A DNA stretch of 64,000 nucleotides. Source: Candidatus Sericytochromatia bacterium. GTDB taxonomy: Bacteria > Cyanobacteriota > Sericytochromatia > S15B-MN24 > UBA4093. The notes under the pieces are model-generated. The model was not told the origin of the DNA and made no database searches. It worked only from the letters and a program-made list of their open reading frames with translations. The stretch's first letter is position 1, and every line of letters starts with the position of its first letter. The stretch covers positions 22,680-86,679 of the forward strand of contig JAKFCT010000027.1 of NCBI GenBank assembly GCA_036676495.1, in the 5' to 3' direction. The position numbers and the translations under genes were made by a program. Of the stretch, positions 9,465 to 19,004 are shown piece after piece.

Positions 9465-10099
9465 TATCCCCCCTGCTGATCATGGGAAGCGGGGGGCATG
9501 CGAAGGTCCTCCTTGAGGCGCTTCAGGGCTCCGATCAACCAATCCTAGGCATACTGGATCCTTCACCAGCACGGCGAGGGGCGGAGATCTGGGGGGTGCC
9601 GGTGGTGGGCGACGACTCCCGCCTCGCGAAATATGCCCCAAGTGCCGTGCGCCTAGTGAATGGGCTTGGCTCGGTGGGTTCCACCAGGAATCGCCGCTTG
9701 CTGTTCGAGCGGCTTCAGCTTCAAGGCTACGCCTTCGCGGAAGTGATACACGCCACGGCCCTCCTTTCCCCGCATGCCGAGGTGGGAGAAGGCGTGCAGA
9801 TCATGGCGGGGGCGATCATCCAGAGCGACAGCCGGCTCGGCCGGAATGTGCTCGTTAACACCCGGGCAGTGATCGAGCATGATTGCATCGTGAGCGACCA
9901 CGTGCACGTGGCCACCGGAGCCATCCTCGCAGGAGGGGTGCACGTCGATGTGGGAGCCCACATCGGGGCTGGCGCCGTCCTTAAGCAAGGGGTACACGTC
10001 GGAAAGGACAGCTGCATCGGAGCCGGAGCGGTAGTTATTCGCGACGTGCCAGCAGGAGCTACGGTAGTGGGGGTGCCCGCCAAGGAGGTGAATCGATGA
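9461..10099 (+). CDS. neuD: NeuD/PglD-family sugar acetyltransferase
   Basis: GSGGHAKV, IEHDC, hexapeptide repeats, VVGVPAK. Confidence 0.9.
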   Translation: MISPLLIMGSGGHAKVLLEALQGSDQPILGILDPSPARRGAEIWGVPVVGDDSRLAKYAPSAVRLVNGLGSVGSTRNRRLLFERLQLQGYAFAEVIHATALLSPHAEVGEGVQIMAGAIIQSDSRLGRNVLVNTRAVIEHDCIVSDHVHVATGAILAGGVHVDVGAHIGAGAVLKQGVHVGKDSCIGAGAVVIRDVPAGATVVGVPAKEVNR

Positions 10100-11157
10100 G
10101 TCCCACAACGGGCGCGTGGAAAAAGACCTTGATCCCGCCATCGGCGTCGATCCGGGATGCGATTTCTGCCATCGAAGCAGGCGTCATGCAGCTCGCAATG
10201 GTGGTCGACGAACAAATGCGTTTGCTTGGAACCGTTACCGACGGGGACGTGCGACGCGGATTACTGCAGGGTCATACCCTGGAGTCCCCGACCAACCTGG
10301 TGATGAACTCCCTCCCCACAGTGGCGCGCTCACATGAGGATTCCCAAACCATCCTAGCCCTCATGAAGCTCAAGCAGCTCCGGCAGATCCCCATTGTCGA
10401 CGAGTTCGGCAGGGTGATGGGAGTCGAACTGCTCGACGAGCTGATCCAGGATAAGGAGCGAGATAATCGGGTCCTGCTGATGGCAGGAGGACTTGGAAGC
10501 CGCCTGGCGCCATTGACCGACAACTGCCCCAAGCCAATGCTCAAGGTCGGCGGGAAGCCTCTACTTGAAACCATCCTCGCCAATTTCATCGACCAAGGCT
10601 TCCGGCACTTCTATTTCTCCGTAAACTACCTGGCGGACATGGTGAAAGCTCACTTCGGCGACGGCTCGCGCTGGGGTGTCCAGATTACCTACCTGCACGA
10701 AAAGGAGAAGCTGGGAACGGCGGGGGCCATGACCATGATCCGCGATGAACTAACCCACCCGCTCATTGTGATGAACGGGGATCTGCTTACGAAGGTTAAC
10801 TTCCGCCAAATGCTCGATCTTCACGTCGAGCAGCAGGCACATGCGACCATGGGGGTCCGTGAGTTCAACTTCCAGGTCCCCTACGGGGTGGTTCGCCTCG
10901 AAAACAACCGCCTAGTAGGTATCGACGAGAAGCCCCTCCAGAAGTTCTTCATCAGCGCAGGAATCTATGTAATCAACCCTGATCTACTCGAATTACTGCC
11001 CAAGCATACGTACTACAACATGCCGACCTTCTTCGAAGAGTTGATCAACCAGCGGTACCGTACTTCGGTCTTCCCGATCCGGGAGTACTGGCTGGATATA
11101 GGCCAAATGAATGACTTCAAGCGCGCAAATGGAGAATTTTCCGAGGTGTTTCAATGA
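10096..11157 (+). CDS. CBS-domain nucleotidyltransferase (PtmE/LegX-like)
   Basis: GTVTDGDVRR CBS pair; MAGGLGSRLAPLT, PKPML, LGTAG, VMNGDLLT, YWLDIG. Confidence 0.9.
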   Translation: MSPTTGAWKKTLIPPSASIRDAISAIEAGVMQLAMVVDEQMRLLGTVTDGDVRRGLLQGHTLESPTNLVMNSLPTVARSHEDSQTILALMKLKQLRQIPIVDEFGRVMGVELLDELIQDKERDNRVLLMAGGLGSRLAPLTDNCPKPMLKVGGKPLLETILANFIDQGFRHFYFSVNYLADMVKAHFGDGSRWGVQITYLHEKEKLGTAGAMTMIRDELTHPLIVMNGDLLTKVNFRQMLDLHVEQQAHATMGVREFNFQVPYGVVRLENNRLVGIDEKPLQKFFISAGIYVINPDLLELLPKHTYYNMPTFFEELINQRYRTSVFPIREYWLDIGQMNDFKRANGEFSEVFQ

Positions 11158-11888
11158 CCCCTTCGTCGGTCCTTTGGCTCGTAACCGCTCGGTCAGGCTC
11201 CAAAGGCATTCCCGATAAGAACATCAAGCCCCTCAGGGGGATTCCACTACTGGGCTATCGAATTCAGACGGCCTTGGCATCGCGCCACCCTAGCGAAGTC
11301 TGGATCACCACCGATAGCCCTCGCTATGCCGAGCTAGCCGTGGCCTGGGGAGCCCGGGTGCCATTCCTACGGCCCGAACACCTATCCACTGACCAAGCCC
11401 GTTCAATCGATGTAGTCCTACATGCCATGGCATGGGCAGAAAGCAACGGATATTGCTTCAAAGCGGTCGGGCTCCTGGAGCCCACCTCACCCTTCACCAA
11501 GACAGCCTGGCTGGACGAAGCCGTCGACAACCTGCTCCAGGATCCGGACGCCAAGACGCTGGTCGCCGTTCGCGAAGCGCGCCCAAGCAGCTATTACGTG
11601 CAGCCGGCGGCCCGTTACCTGGACGACCTATATGACCGCATCCGGCTGCATGGCGTCCTTAGGCGGCAGGACGAGGCCATGGAGGTAACCCCTAGCGGAA
11701 ACCTCTACCTCGCGAAGTGGGAGGCCCTCAAAGAGGAGAAGAATTTCTACTCGAGCCGAACCTTGATGCAACTCATCCCCGATCCGTACGGGCTGGAGAT
11801 CGATCAGCCCCTTGATTGGGCCTGGGCCGAGTTCTTGTTGGAAAAAACTATCATCTCCCAAGCTGAGCTTGGCATACACCGTACCTAG
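11154..11888 (+). CDS. neuA: CMP-nonulosonate synthetase (NeuA/LegF family)
   Basis: ARSGSKGIPDKNI, PFLRP, LLEPTSPF, EIDQPLDW. Confidence 0.88.
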   Translation: MTPSSVLWLVTARSGSKGIPDKNIKPLRGIPLLGYRIQTALASRHPSEVWITTDSPRYAELAVAWGARVPFLRPEHLSTDQARSIDVVLHAMAWAESNGYCFKAVGLLEPTSPFTKTAWLDEAVDNLLQDPDAKTLVAVREARPSSYYVQPAARYLDDLYDRIRLHGVLRRQDEAMEVTPSGNLYLAKWEALKEEKNFYSSRTLMQLIPDPYGLEIDQPLDWAWAEFLLEKTIISQAELGIHRT

Positions 11889-11904
11889 GAGGGAGCGGAT
11901 TGGC

Positions 11905-13239
11905 ATGACCCTGTTCAACGAGACCATCACCAACTTCCAAAATTCTGCTCAGCTGAGAGAGAAGGCCCGGCGCCTGATTCCAGCAGGGGCCCACACGTAC
12001 AGCAAAGGCGATGATCAATTCCCGCAGTTATCGCCGGGTTTCATCATCAGAGGCAAGGGAACCCGGGTCTGGGACCCCGACGGAAACGAGTTCATAGATT
12101 GGGGCATGGGCCTCCGCTCGGTGATTCTCGGCCATGCCTACGAACCTGTTCTCGCGGCAGTACGTGAGCAACTCGAGCTAGGCTCAAACTTCGTGCGTCC
12201 CGCCCCCCTGGAGGCGGATGTCGCTGAACTCCTGGTCGATCTCATTCCCTCGGCGGAAATGGTCAAGTTCGCCAAAAACGGCTCGGACGTCACCACGGCA
12301 GCGGTGAAGCTCGCCCGCGCATTTACCGGCCGAGACATGGTGGTACGCTGCCAGGATCAGCCGTTCTTCAGCGTGAATGATTGGTTCATCGGGGACACCC
12401 CGGCAAATGCGGGGGTGCCTCAGGTCGTGCAGAACCTTACCAAGCGCTTCCGCTACAACGATGCCGACCACCTCGAACAGGTCCTCAACGAGCACCGCGG
12501 CCAGGTGGCTTGCGTCATCCTCGAGGCGGCCGCAACGACGGCACCGCTGCCGGGCTTCCTTGAGCGCGTGCGAGAACTTACCCGGACCCATGGAGTCGTC
12601 CTGATCTTCGACGAGATGATCTCGGGCTTCCGCTGGGACCCGCGCGGGGCCCAACACTACTACGGGGTCACCCCCGATCTTTCGACCTTCGGCAAGGCCC
12701 TGGCCAATGGATTCGCCCTCTCAGCGCTCGTGGGCCGCCGTGACATCATGGAGCTGGGCGGCCTCGAGCACAGGCGCGAGCGAGTCTTCCTGCTATCCAC
12801 GACCAATGGTGGGGAGACCCATGCACTGGCGGCGGCACGAGCGACCATCGAGGCCCTGCGGGACGGAGAGGCCACACGTCACATCTGGACAACCGGAAGG
12901 AAGCTGATGGAGGGCTTCAACGCGCTCGCTCATGAGTTCGGCCTGGCCGACCATGTGCGGATGGACGGGCTCGCTTGCAGCCCATACCAGGTCTTCCTCA
13001 ACGCGGATGGGCAAGTGGACCTCGCGCTGCGCACATTGTACCTTCAGGAAACGATCCGTCATGGAGTCCTCATTCCCTACATCGCGGTTTCGGCCGCCCA
13101 TGGCGATGCGGACATCGACCGAACCCTCGAGGCATCCCGCAAGGCCATGCCCCTCCTCCGCGAAGCCCTCGAACGCGGCAACACGGACGGCCTTCTCGTG
13201 GGCCCTGCCGTCAAGCCGGTTTTCCGCAAGTACAACTAG
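11905..13239 (+). CDS. Class III PLP aminotransferase (GSA-aminomutase-like), probable sugar-tailoring enzyme
   Basis: GAHTYSKGDDQFP, VWDPDGNEFID, KFAKNGSD, LIFDEMISGFR, PDLSTFGKALANG. Confidence 0.85.
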   Translation: MTLFNETITNFQNSAQLREKARRLIPAGAHTYSKGDDQFPQLSPGFIIRGKGTRVWDPDGNEFIDWGMGLRSVILGHAYEPVLAAVREQLELGSNFVRPAPLEADVAELLVDLIPSAEMVKFAKNGSDVTTAAVKLARAFTGRDMVVRCQDQPFFSVNDWFIGDTPANAGVPQVVQNLTKRFRYNDADHLEQVLNEHRGQVACVILEAAATTAPLPGFLERVRELTRTHGVVLIFDEMISGFRWDPRGAQHYYGVTPDLSTFGKALANGFALSALVGRRDIMELGGLEHRRERVFLLSTTNGGETHALAAARATIEALRDGEATRHIWTTGRKLMEGFNALAHEFGLADHVRMDGLACSPYQVFLNADGQVDLALRTLYLQETIRHGVLIPYIAVSAAHGDADIDRTLEASRKAMPLLREALERGNTDGLLVGPAVKPVFRKYN

Positions 13240-13247
13240 GAAAGACC

Positions 13248-14033
13248 ATGAGCATCCGGACCGTTTGCGCCCTTCAGATGACGATCGTCGAAGGGCAAGG
13301 AACCCGAAATCGCGACACCCTCGCCTCCATGTTGGACGCCGCCCCTGGCGCCGACTTGTACCTGGCACCCGAGTTATGGAGCAGCGGCTACCTCCATGAC
13401 CGCTGGCCGGAAATGGCGGATCAGGACACGCCTGAGGCAATGACCTGGATGGCGCGGCAGGCAGCCCATCGGAACGCTTGGCTCGGTGGGTCCCTGGTGA
13501 CCCGGACCGAATCCGGAGCGCTAGCGAACCGCTTCGTGCTATTCAACCGTCAGGGAGAACTGGTAGGCTCCTACGACAAGGCGCACCTTTTCCCTCCGAT
13601 GCGAGAGCCTCAGTTCCTGCAGCCCGGGAATCAGCTGCCCCTCTTCGACGTGGAGGGGCTCCGCGTGGCCCCGGCCATTTGCTACGATCTGCGCTTCCCT
13701 GAGATGTTTCGGAGACAGGCTCTACGGGGAGTCGACCTGTTCCTGGTGCCCAGCGAATGGCCACACCCACGGAGCCGTGTCCTCCGCGTGCTCTCCGAAG
13801 CTCGCGCCATGGAGAACCAGGCCTTTCTCCTGCTCGCAAATCGGACGGGGCCAGATGGCAACGGGAGCGACTTCTGCGGCGGATCGGGCCTCTTCGGCCC
13901 GTTCGGTCCCATCGGGGAGTGCCCCCAGACCGAAGGCCCCCTTGTCTTCGAACTCGACATGACCGTGCTTGAGAAAGCGCGCTCAGCCCTGGCCATATGG
14001 GGTGAGCGACGAAAGGGAATCGACTTTGACTAA
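13248..14033 (+). CDS. Carbon-nitrogen hydrolase, omega-amidase (MtnU/YafV)-like
   Basis: E-K-C triad: PELWSSGY, YDKAHLF, ICYDLRFPE; ARAMENQ. Confidence 0.88.
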   Translation: MSIRTVCALQMTIVEGQGTRNRDTLASMLDAAPGADLYLAPELWSSGYLHDRWPEMADQDTPEAMTWMARQAAHRNAWLGGSLVTRTESGALANRFVLFNRQGELVGSYDKAHLFPPMREPQFLQPGNQLPLFDVEGLRVAPAICYDLRFPEMFRRQALRGVDLFLVPSEWPHPRSRVLRVLSEARAMENQAFLLLANRTGPDGNGSDFCGGSGLFGPFGPIGECPQTEGPLVFELDMTVLEKARSALAIWGERRKGIDFD

Positions 14034-14850
14034 TCCGAACGCATCCCTCGACCGTTTCGGCCTAGACGGCAAGATCGTGGTCGTCACGGGCGGAACCGGC
14101 ATTCTGGGCAGCCTTTACTGTACGCGCCTCGCCGAGGCGGGCGCCGAGGTGGTGGTCGCCGACATCGACTCGGAGCAATGCAGTAGCCTCGCCGCTCAGC
14201 TTCAAGCGCGTACGGGGCGGCGAGCATGGGGGATCTCCGTGGATCTCTCGAAGGAACCCTCCGTCGCCGCCTGGGCTCAGGAAATCCTCCAAACTTGTGG
14301 CCGGGTGGATGTCCTCATCAACAATGCAGCTACGAAATCCCCCAACTTCTTCGCCCCTCTCGAGCGCTTCCCGCTGGAGGACTGGAACCGCGTCATGGCG
14401 GTCAACGTCACCGGCATCTTCTTGACCTCCAAGCTACTTGGAGCCGCGATGGCCGAGCGGGGCTCCGGAAGCATCATCAACGTCAGCTCGATCTATGGCG
14501 TGGTGGGGCCGGATCAACGTATCTACGAAGGGTCCTGGTACGAGGATCTCGGAGGAGCCATCAATACTCCACTGATCTACTCCGCCACGAAGGGAGCGGT
14601 CATCGCGATGACTCGCTACCTCGCCACATACTGGGGTCCGAAGGGCGTACGCGCGAACACCCTCACCCCGGGTGGAGTCAGTTCGGGTCAGAACAGCACC
14701 TTCATGCAGAAGTACAGCTACCGTGTGCCTATGGGCCGCATGGCCGAAGCAGAGGAAATGATCGGCGCCCTGCTCTTCCTAGCCTCGGACGCCTCCTCGT
14801 ACGTCAACGGCCAGAACATGGTCGTCGATGGAGGCTGGACGGCCTGGTAG
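14026..14850 (+). CDS. SDR oxidoreductase (PtmA/ElaC-like)
   Basis: TGGTGILG, INNA, SSIYG, YSATK, MTRYLATYWG, TPGGV, VDGGWTAW; TTG start after AAAGGGA. Confidence 0.88.
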   Translation: MTNPNASLDRFGLDGKIVVVTGGTGILGSLYCTRLAEAGAEVVVADIDSEQCSSLAAQLQARTGRRAWGISVDLSKEPSVAAWAQEILQTCGRVDVLINNAATKSPNFFAPLERFPLEDWNRVMAVNVTGIFLTSKLLGAAMAERGSGSIINVSSIYGVVGPDQRIYEGSWYEDLGGAINTPLIYSATKGAVIAMTRYLATYWGPKGVRANTLTPGGVSSGQNSTFMQKYSYRVPMGRMAEAEEMIGALLFLASDASSYVNGQNMVVDGGWTAW

Positions 14851-14865
14851 GCAGCAGATTTCGGC

Positions 14866-16332
14866 ATGAAGATCAGCAACCTCCAGAACATCGCTATCAT
14901 TTCTGGGTCCAATCAGATCGTTCGCATCCTTGCCCTCCTTACCAAGGTCTACCTTGGCAAGGTTTTCACACCTGCCCAGTTCGGGGTGATCAGCCTCGGT
15001 GAGCTCTTCCTGTTCTACGCAGACAAGGCGTACTCGCCGATCCGAGGGGGCATGGATCGGGAAGTCCCACGGTTGAAGGGAAGGGAAGAATACGCCGAGG
15101 CGGGCTCGCTCCAAGCCTTGTCCCTTTACGCGATTGCGCTGCTCTCGGTCCTCATTTCCGCAGGCCTACTCCTTGCCATCGCCGTTTACCAGCCCCAGCA
15201 GCACTACGCACTCGCGCTCTACGCCGTCATCAACATTCCCCTGGCAATCGTCAACTACTTCCGTATCTACCTCAAGACAGAACGACGATTCGACAAGATC
15301 GGCCTCTTCTACCTGGCACATTCCGCCGCCACCTTCATCCTGACGATCGCCTTCCTCAGAACCGCAGCCGTAACCACCTACCTTTACATCCTGCTGGTCA
15401 CCAACCTCATCTTTTCGATCTTCCTCCTGATGCAGTTTCGCACCAGCCCAGCCCAGCGTCCGAACCGCCAGAGCCTAAAGCTGTTGGCGAGCGCGGGGCT
15501 TGCCATGGCCTCCTACGATCTGGCTTTCGCTCTGTTCGAAGGCGTCGATCGCCTCGTCATCGCCTCGGTGCTCGGCAGTACGGCCCTCGGGCTTTATGCC
15601 TTTCCCGTCCTCATCGCGCAGAACATCCTGATCATCCCGAACTCGATCAACAGCGTGATCTTTCCGGAGTACTTCGAAGCTGTGGCCAAGAAAGACCAAG
15701 GGGCTCCCCAACTCCTTGAGAGTTCCACAGTCCTGGCACAGGCCATCACCCCCATGGTCATCGCAGCGGCCTGGTTCGGATACCCGGTCCTGCTGGATTT
15801 CTGGCTGTCCAACTTTGCTCAAAGCGAGGAGTTCGGCAAAATCCTCTTTCTCTCAGCCTTCTGGAGCGCTTCCTTCACGTTTGGCAGCATCGCCCTGCTC
15901 GCCCACAAGCGAACTCGGACTCTCATTTCCGCCATTCTGGTCGCAACGGCTATTGCTGTCATGCTTTTCTTTCTGACCGCCTCCAGCCAAGCTCAAGGAC
16001 TTCCCCAAGTCCTCGAACGGGTCGCCTGGGCCTCGACCGCAGCGGCGGCGACCTTGTCCATCCTGCTATCGGTCTTGGCCGACCGCTGCCATCGTCGCGC
16101 GGCTTGGTTCTCGGCATCAAAGCTGTTAAAGCAAGCTGGCTTGTTCGCCTGGCTCGCCATCCTACTGCTTCAGATCGATACACTCGCCATCCGTGCCTTG
16201 GACCATGTCCTGCTACAGGCCATCGTCGGAATGGTGGTCTTCTGCTTAGGTTATTACCCATTGCTCGCCGTCGCTGAGATTAAACCGCTTACAGCCTGGG
16301 TAAAGAAAAGGATGCCCCCGGCCCCTATTTAG
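14866..16332 (+). CDS. wzx: Polysaccharide flippase (Wzx)
   Basis: Many TM segments; DRLVIASVLGSTALGLY motif; locus context. Confidence 0.8.
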   Translation: MKISNLQNIAIISGSNQIVRILALLTKVYLGKVFTPAQFGVISLGELFLFYADKAYSPIRGGMDREVPRLKGREEYAEAGSLQALSLYAIALLSVLISAGLLLAIAVYQPQQHYALALYAVINIPLAIVNYFRIYLKTERRFDKIGLFYLAHSAATFILTIAFLRTAAVTTYLYILLVTNLIFSIFLLMQFRTSPAQRPNRQSLKLLASAGLAMASYDLAFALFEGVDRLVIASVLGSTALGLYAFPVLIAQNILIIPNSINSVIFPEYFEAVAKKDQGAPQLLESSTVLAQAITPMVIAAAWFGYPVLLDFWLSNFAQSEEFGKILFLSAFWSASFTFGSIALLAHKRTRTLISAILVATAIAVMLFFLTASSQAQGLPQVLERVAWASTAAAATLSILLSVLADRCHRRAAWFSASKLLKQAGLFAWLAILLLQIDTLAIRALDHVLLQAIVGMVVFCLGYYPLLAVAEIKPLTAWVKKRMPPAPI

Positions 16333-16449
16333 CAAGCGTCTCAGCCCGTTCTCCACCCCGAACATCAATCCGGAAGCCAGGTTTCCTTTTCTCGTGGTTA
16401 TTTCATCCCGGAACCACCATCAGCCGTTCCGCTCTAGGTGATCAACAGC

Positions 16450-17877
16450 ATGAAGACCAAGATATCCTTCAACATCTCCGAGTACTCCACCAACCAACTC
16501 TATTTCTCACTTAGGGATATCCTCTCTGCGCACCTCGACGCCGAGTTCCTCTACCCTAACAACGTGAAGCCGGCGAACTTCTCCAAGTTTATGGCCCCCA
16601 GCATCACCTCCGAGAACTCGCTCAACTACTTTGAGTTCACAAAAAGCCTACGTATCACCGACCTCAACCAAGAACTGGACGCAGCCGAGAAACTTTACGG
16701 CAACCCGTTTCTGGGTGAGTACATCTTTTCGGACCGATGGCTGGCCGACAAGAGCAGGGAGGAGATCCGTCTGCGCATCCTCCAGTACGTACGTTTCTGG
16801 GAGCACTTCTTCGAGCGCTTTAGACCGAACTACTTCATCGCTGGCGGCATTTCGGGCGCTTATCAGTACATCGCTCATGCGGTCAGCCGACACTATGGCG
16901 TCACGCCCCTCTACCTGTTCGGCTCGCAAGTGCCCGGACACTTCTCGATCACGAGCCAACCCTCGCTTTATCGAAACCGCCGCACATGGCTCACCCTGCC
17001 CGACCGCGAGGCGATTCGCGCCTCGGTCGACGGCTACCTCGCGACGGTCTTCGCCAAGGGTGGCAAGGTCGACCTTGATCAGGGCTTGCTCAAGACCGCG
17101 AGTTTCAACACCCTGATCAACCGCGACAACGTGTCCCGGGCCCTCTCGAAGGTAGCCAGACTGGAAAGCCCGCGGCGTATCCTCACGGCACTTGCCACCA
17201 AGCTTACCCCCCCGGTCCGGTGGAGACTTGCACAGCGCTACTTCCAACTTGACTTTCACCCGGGCTCCGTTCCATTCGTCTACTACCCCCTCCATTTTCA
17301 GCCGGAAGCTTCGACTCTGGTCTGGGCGCCCTACTTCGATAACCAGCTGGCCCTCCTAGAGAACATCTCGAAAAGCCTTCCGGTAGGCATGTCCCTCGTC
17401 GTCAAGGAGCACGTCGTAGGGAAGGGGACCCGTCCACTTTCCTTCTATCGGCGCCTTACCGAGTTGAAGAACATCGTCATCCTTTCCCCTGAATTCGACG
17501 GCATGGAGCTAGTGCGACACGCCCACCTGGTGTTGACCACCAGCGGAACCACGGCCTGGGAGGCCCTGCTGCTCAAAAAGCATCCGATCATCTTCGGCAA
17601 CTACTGGCTGGAAGAGAGCCGCCACGTTACCAAGGTCACGGATCTCACGACCCTGAAGCACCAGATCTGTCGGTTGCTGGACCAGGACTTCGAGGCCGAC
17701 GATGACTGGTATCGCTTCGTTTACCAGGAAATCAAGAGTTGTTATCCTGGAGTCTTCAACGAACCCAAATCCCTCCCGCGGGTCCTCGACCCCGAAAATG
17801 TCAGACTCATCGCGGACGCCTTGCTCGAAGAGTTCAATCATGCTCCCCGGGCCATGAGCACCGCTCAGGGGAGATAG
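16450..17877 (+). CDS. KpsS/Capsule_synth-like glycosyltransferase, probable nonulosonate transferase
   Basis: YYPLHFQPEAST, LVVKEH, TTSGTTAWEALLLKKHPIIFG. Confidence 0.7.
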   Translation: MKTKISFNISEYSTNQLYFSLRDILSAHLDAEFLYPNNVKPANFSKFMAPSITSENSLNYFEFTKSLRITDLNQELDAAEKLYGNPFLGEYIFSDRWLADKSREEIRLRILQYVRFWEHFFERFRPNYFIAGGISGAYQYIAHAVSRHYGVTPLYLFGSQVPGHFSITSQPSLYRNRRTWLTLPDREAIRASVDGYLATVFAKGGKVDLDQGLLKTASFNTLINRDNVSRALSKVARLESPRRILTALATKLTPPVRWRLAQRYFQLDFHPGSVPFVYYPLHFQPEASTLVWAPYFDNQLALLENISKSLPVGMSLVVKEHVVGKGTRPLSFYRRLTELKNIVILSPEFDGMELVRHAHLVLTTSGTTAWEALLLKKHPIIFGNYWLEESRHVTKVTDLTTLKHQICRLLDQDFEADDDWYRFVYQEIKSCYPGVFNEPKSLPRVLDPENVRLIADALLEEFNHAPRAMSTAQGR

Positions 17878-17879
17878 CT

Positions 17880-18983
17880 TTGCTCAGAAACATCCTGATT
17901 GGCGGCGATATCTACGGGCACCAGAACATCGGCGATGAAGGGATCCTGAAATCGATCGTCGATGAGGTCCGCAGGCGCCTACCAGATAGCGCGTATCGTG
18001 TCCTGACCAGCGACCCGACCACGTCTGACTGGCTGAACGTCAAGGCCTACAACCGCCGCTCCTACCTTCAGACGGTGCAGGCGTTCGCTGGCGCCAACTT
18101 GTTCATCTGCGGCGGGGGCACCATCCTTTCCGACGGCCCAAGGTACGCCCTCCGGCTCACGCAGTTCGCCTCCTACCTCAGGGTCCCCACCGTGATCTTC
18201 GGAGTCGGTATGGATCCGGTGGCCGATCCCGAGATGCGACGTTTCATCGTTCGGGAGTGCAACCGCGTCGGACTCATCCTCGCACGGGACAAGGATGTCC
18301 AGGCCCGCCTTCTCGAGTACGGGGTGACAACCCCCGTCGAGGCCTACGCCGATCCGGCCATGCTTCTCGCTCCGGCGCTCGACACAGAGGTCGATCGGCT
18401 CCTGGCTCAGGAAGGGATCGACCTGTCCCTGCCCAGCGTGGGATTCTGCATCTCTGGGGAGCCGCACCTCCATGCGCAGACCCCCTACCACGAGCTAGCT
18501 CACTATGCGGATACCCTGAACGCTGAGTTCGGCCTCCAGGTCGTCTTCATTCCCACCAACTATCGCACCGACCAGGACAACCTGATGATCTCTCGCGTCA
18601 TGCGCGAGATGAAGCATCCGGAACGGGCCCGGCACTTGAAGGGAGAATACCGCCCCGAGGCCATCGTAGGGCTGACGAAGCGGCTCTCTTGGCTAATCAG
18701 CAGCCGCCTCCACCTGATCATCTTCGCCGCCAGCGTTGGGGTCCCCTCCATCGGAATCAGCCGATCAGCCAAGATCGACAGTTTCCTCTCCCGACTGCAC
18801 GAGGTCCCGGTTTCCGGCATCGCAGACTTCGATGCGCGCCAGGCGCTGGAATTCACGCGAGACTTCGTCTCACGCCACCAACGCGCTCAGGTGAGGGAGC
18901 GCTTCGCTCAAGACATCTCGCAGATGAAAGACGATGCAACGGCCCTTTTCGATCGCTTGGCACAGCATGTGGCAAGCATCTAG
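17880..18983 (+). CDS. Polysaccharide pyruvyl transferase (CsaB/WcaK family)
   Basis: YGHQNIGDEGIL, GGGTILSD, ARD, ADPA, SSRLH. Confidence 0.88.
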   Translation: MLRNILIGGDIYGHQNIGDEGILKSIVDEVRRRLPDSAYRVLTSDPTTSDWLNVKAYNRRSYLQTVQAFAGANLFICGGGTILSDGPRYALRLTQFASYLRVPTVIFGVGMDPVADPEMRRFIVRECNRVGLILARDKDVQARLLEYGVTTPVEAYADPAMLLAPALDTEVDRLLAQEGIDLSLPSVGFCISGEPHLHAQTPYHELAHYADTLNAEFGLQVVFIPTNYRTDQDNLMISRVMREMKHPERARHLKGEYRPEAIVGLTKRLSWLISSRLHLIIFAASVGVPSIGISRSAKIDSFLSRLHEVPVSGIADFDARQALEFTRDFVSRHQRAQVRERFAQDISQMKDDATALFDRLAQHVASI

Positions 18984-19004
18984 CCCTTCTCCCACGAGCG
19001 CACG

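Noticed and set aside
11905-13239. Calling the class III aminotransferase hemL
   Set aside because: It has TYSKGDDQFP and KNGSD rather than the HemL GVNSPVRAF and NSGTEA motifs, and lies in a sugar operon.
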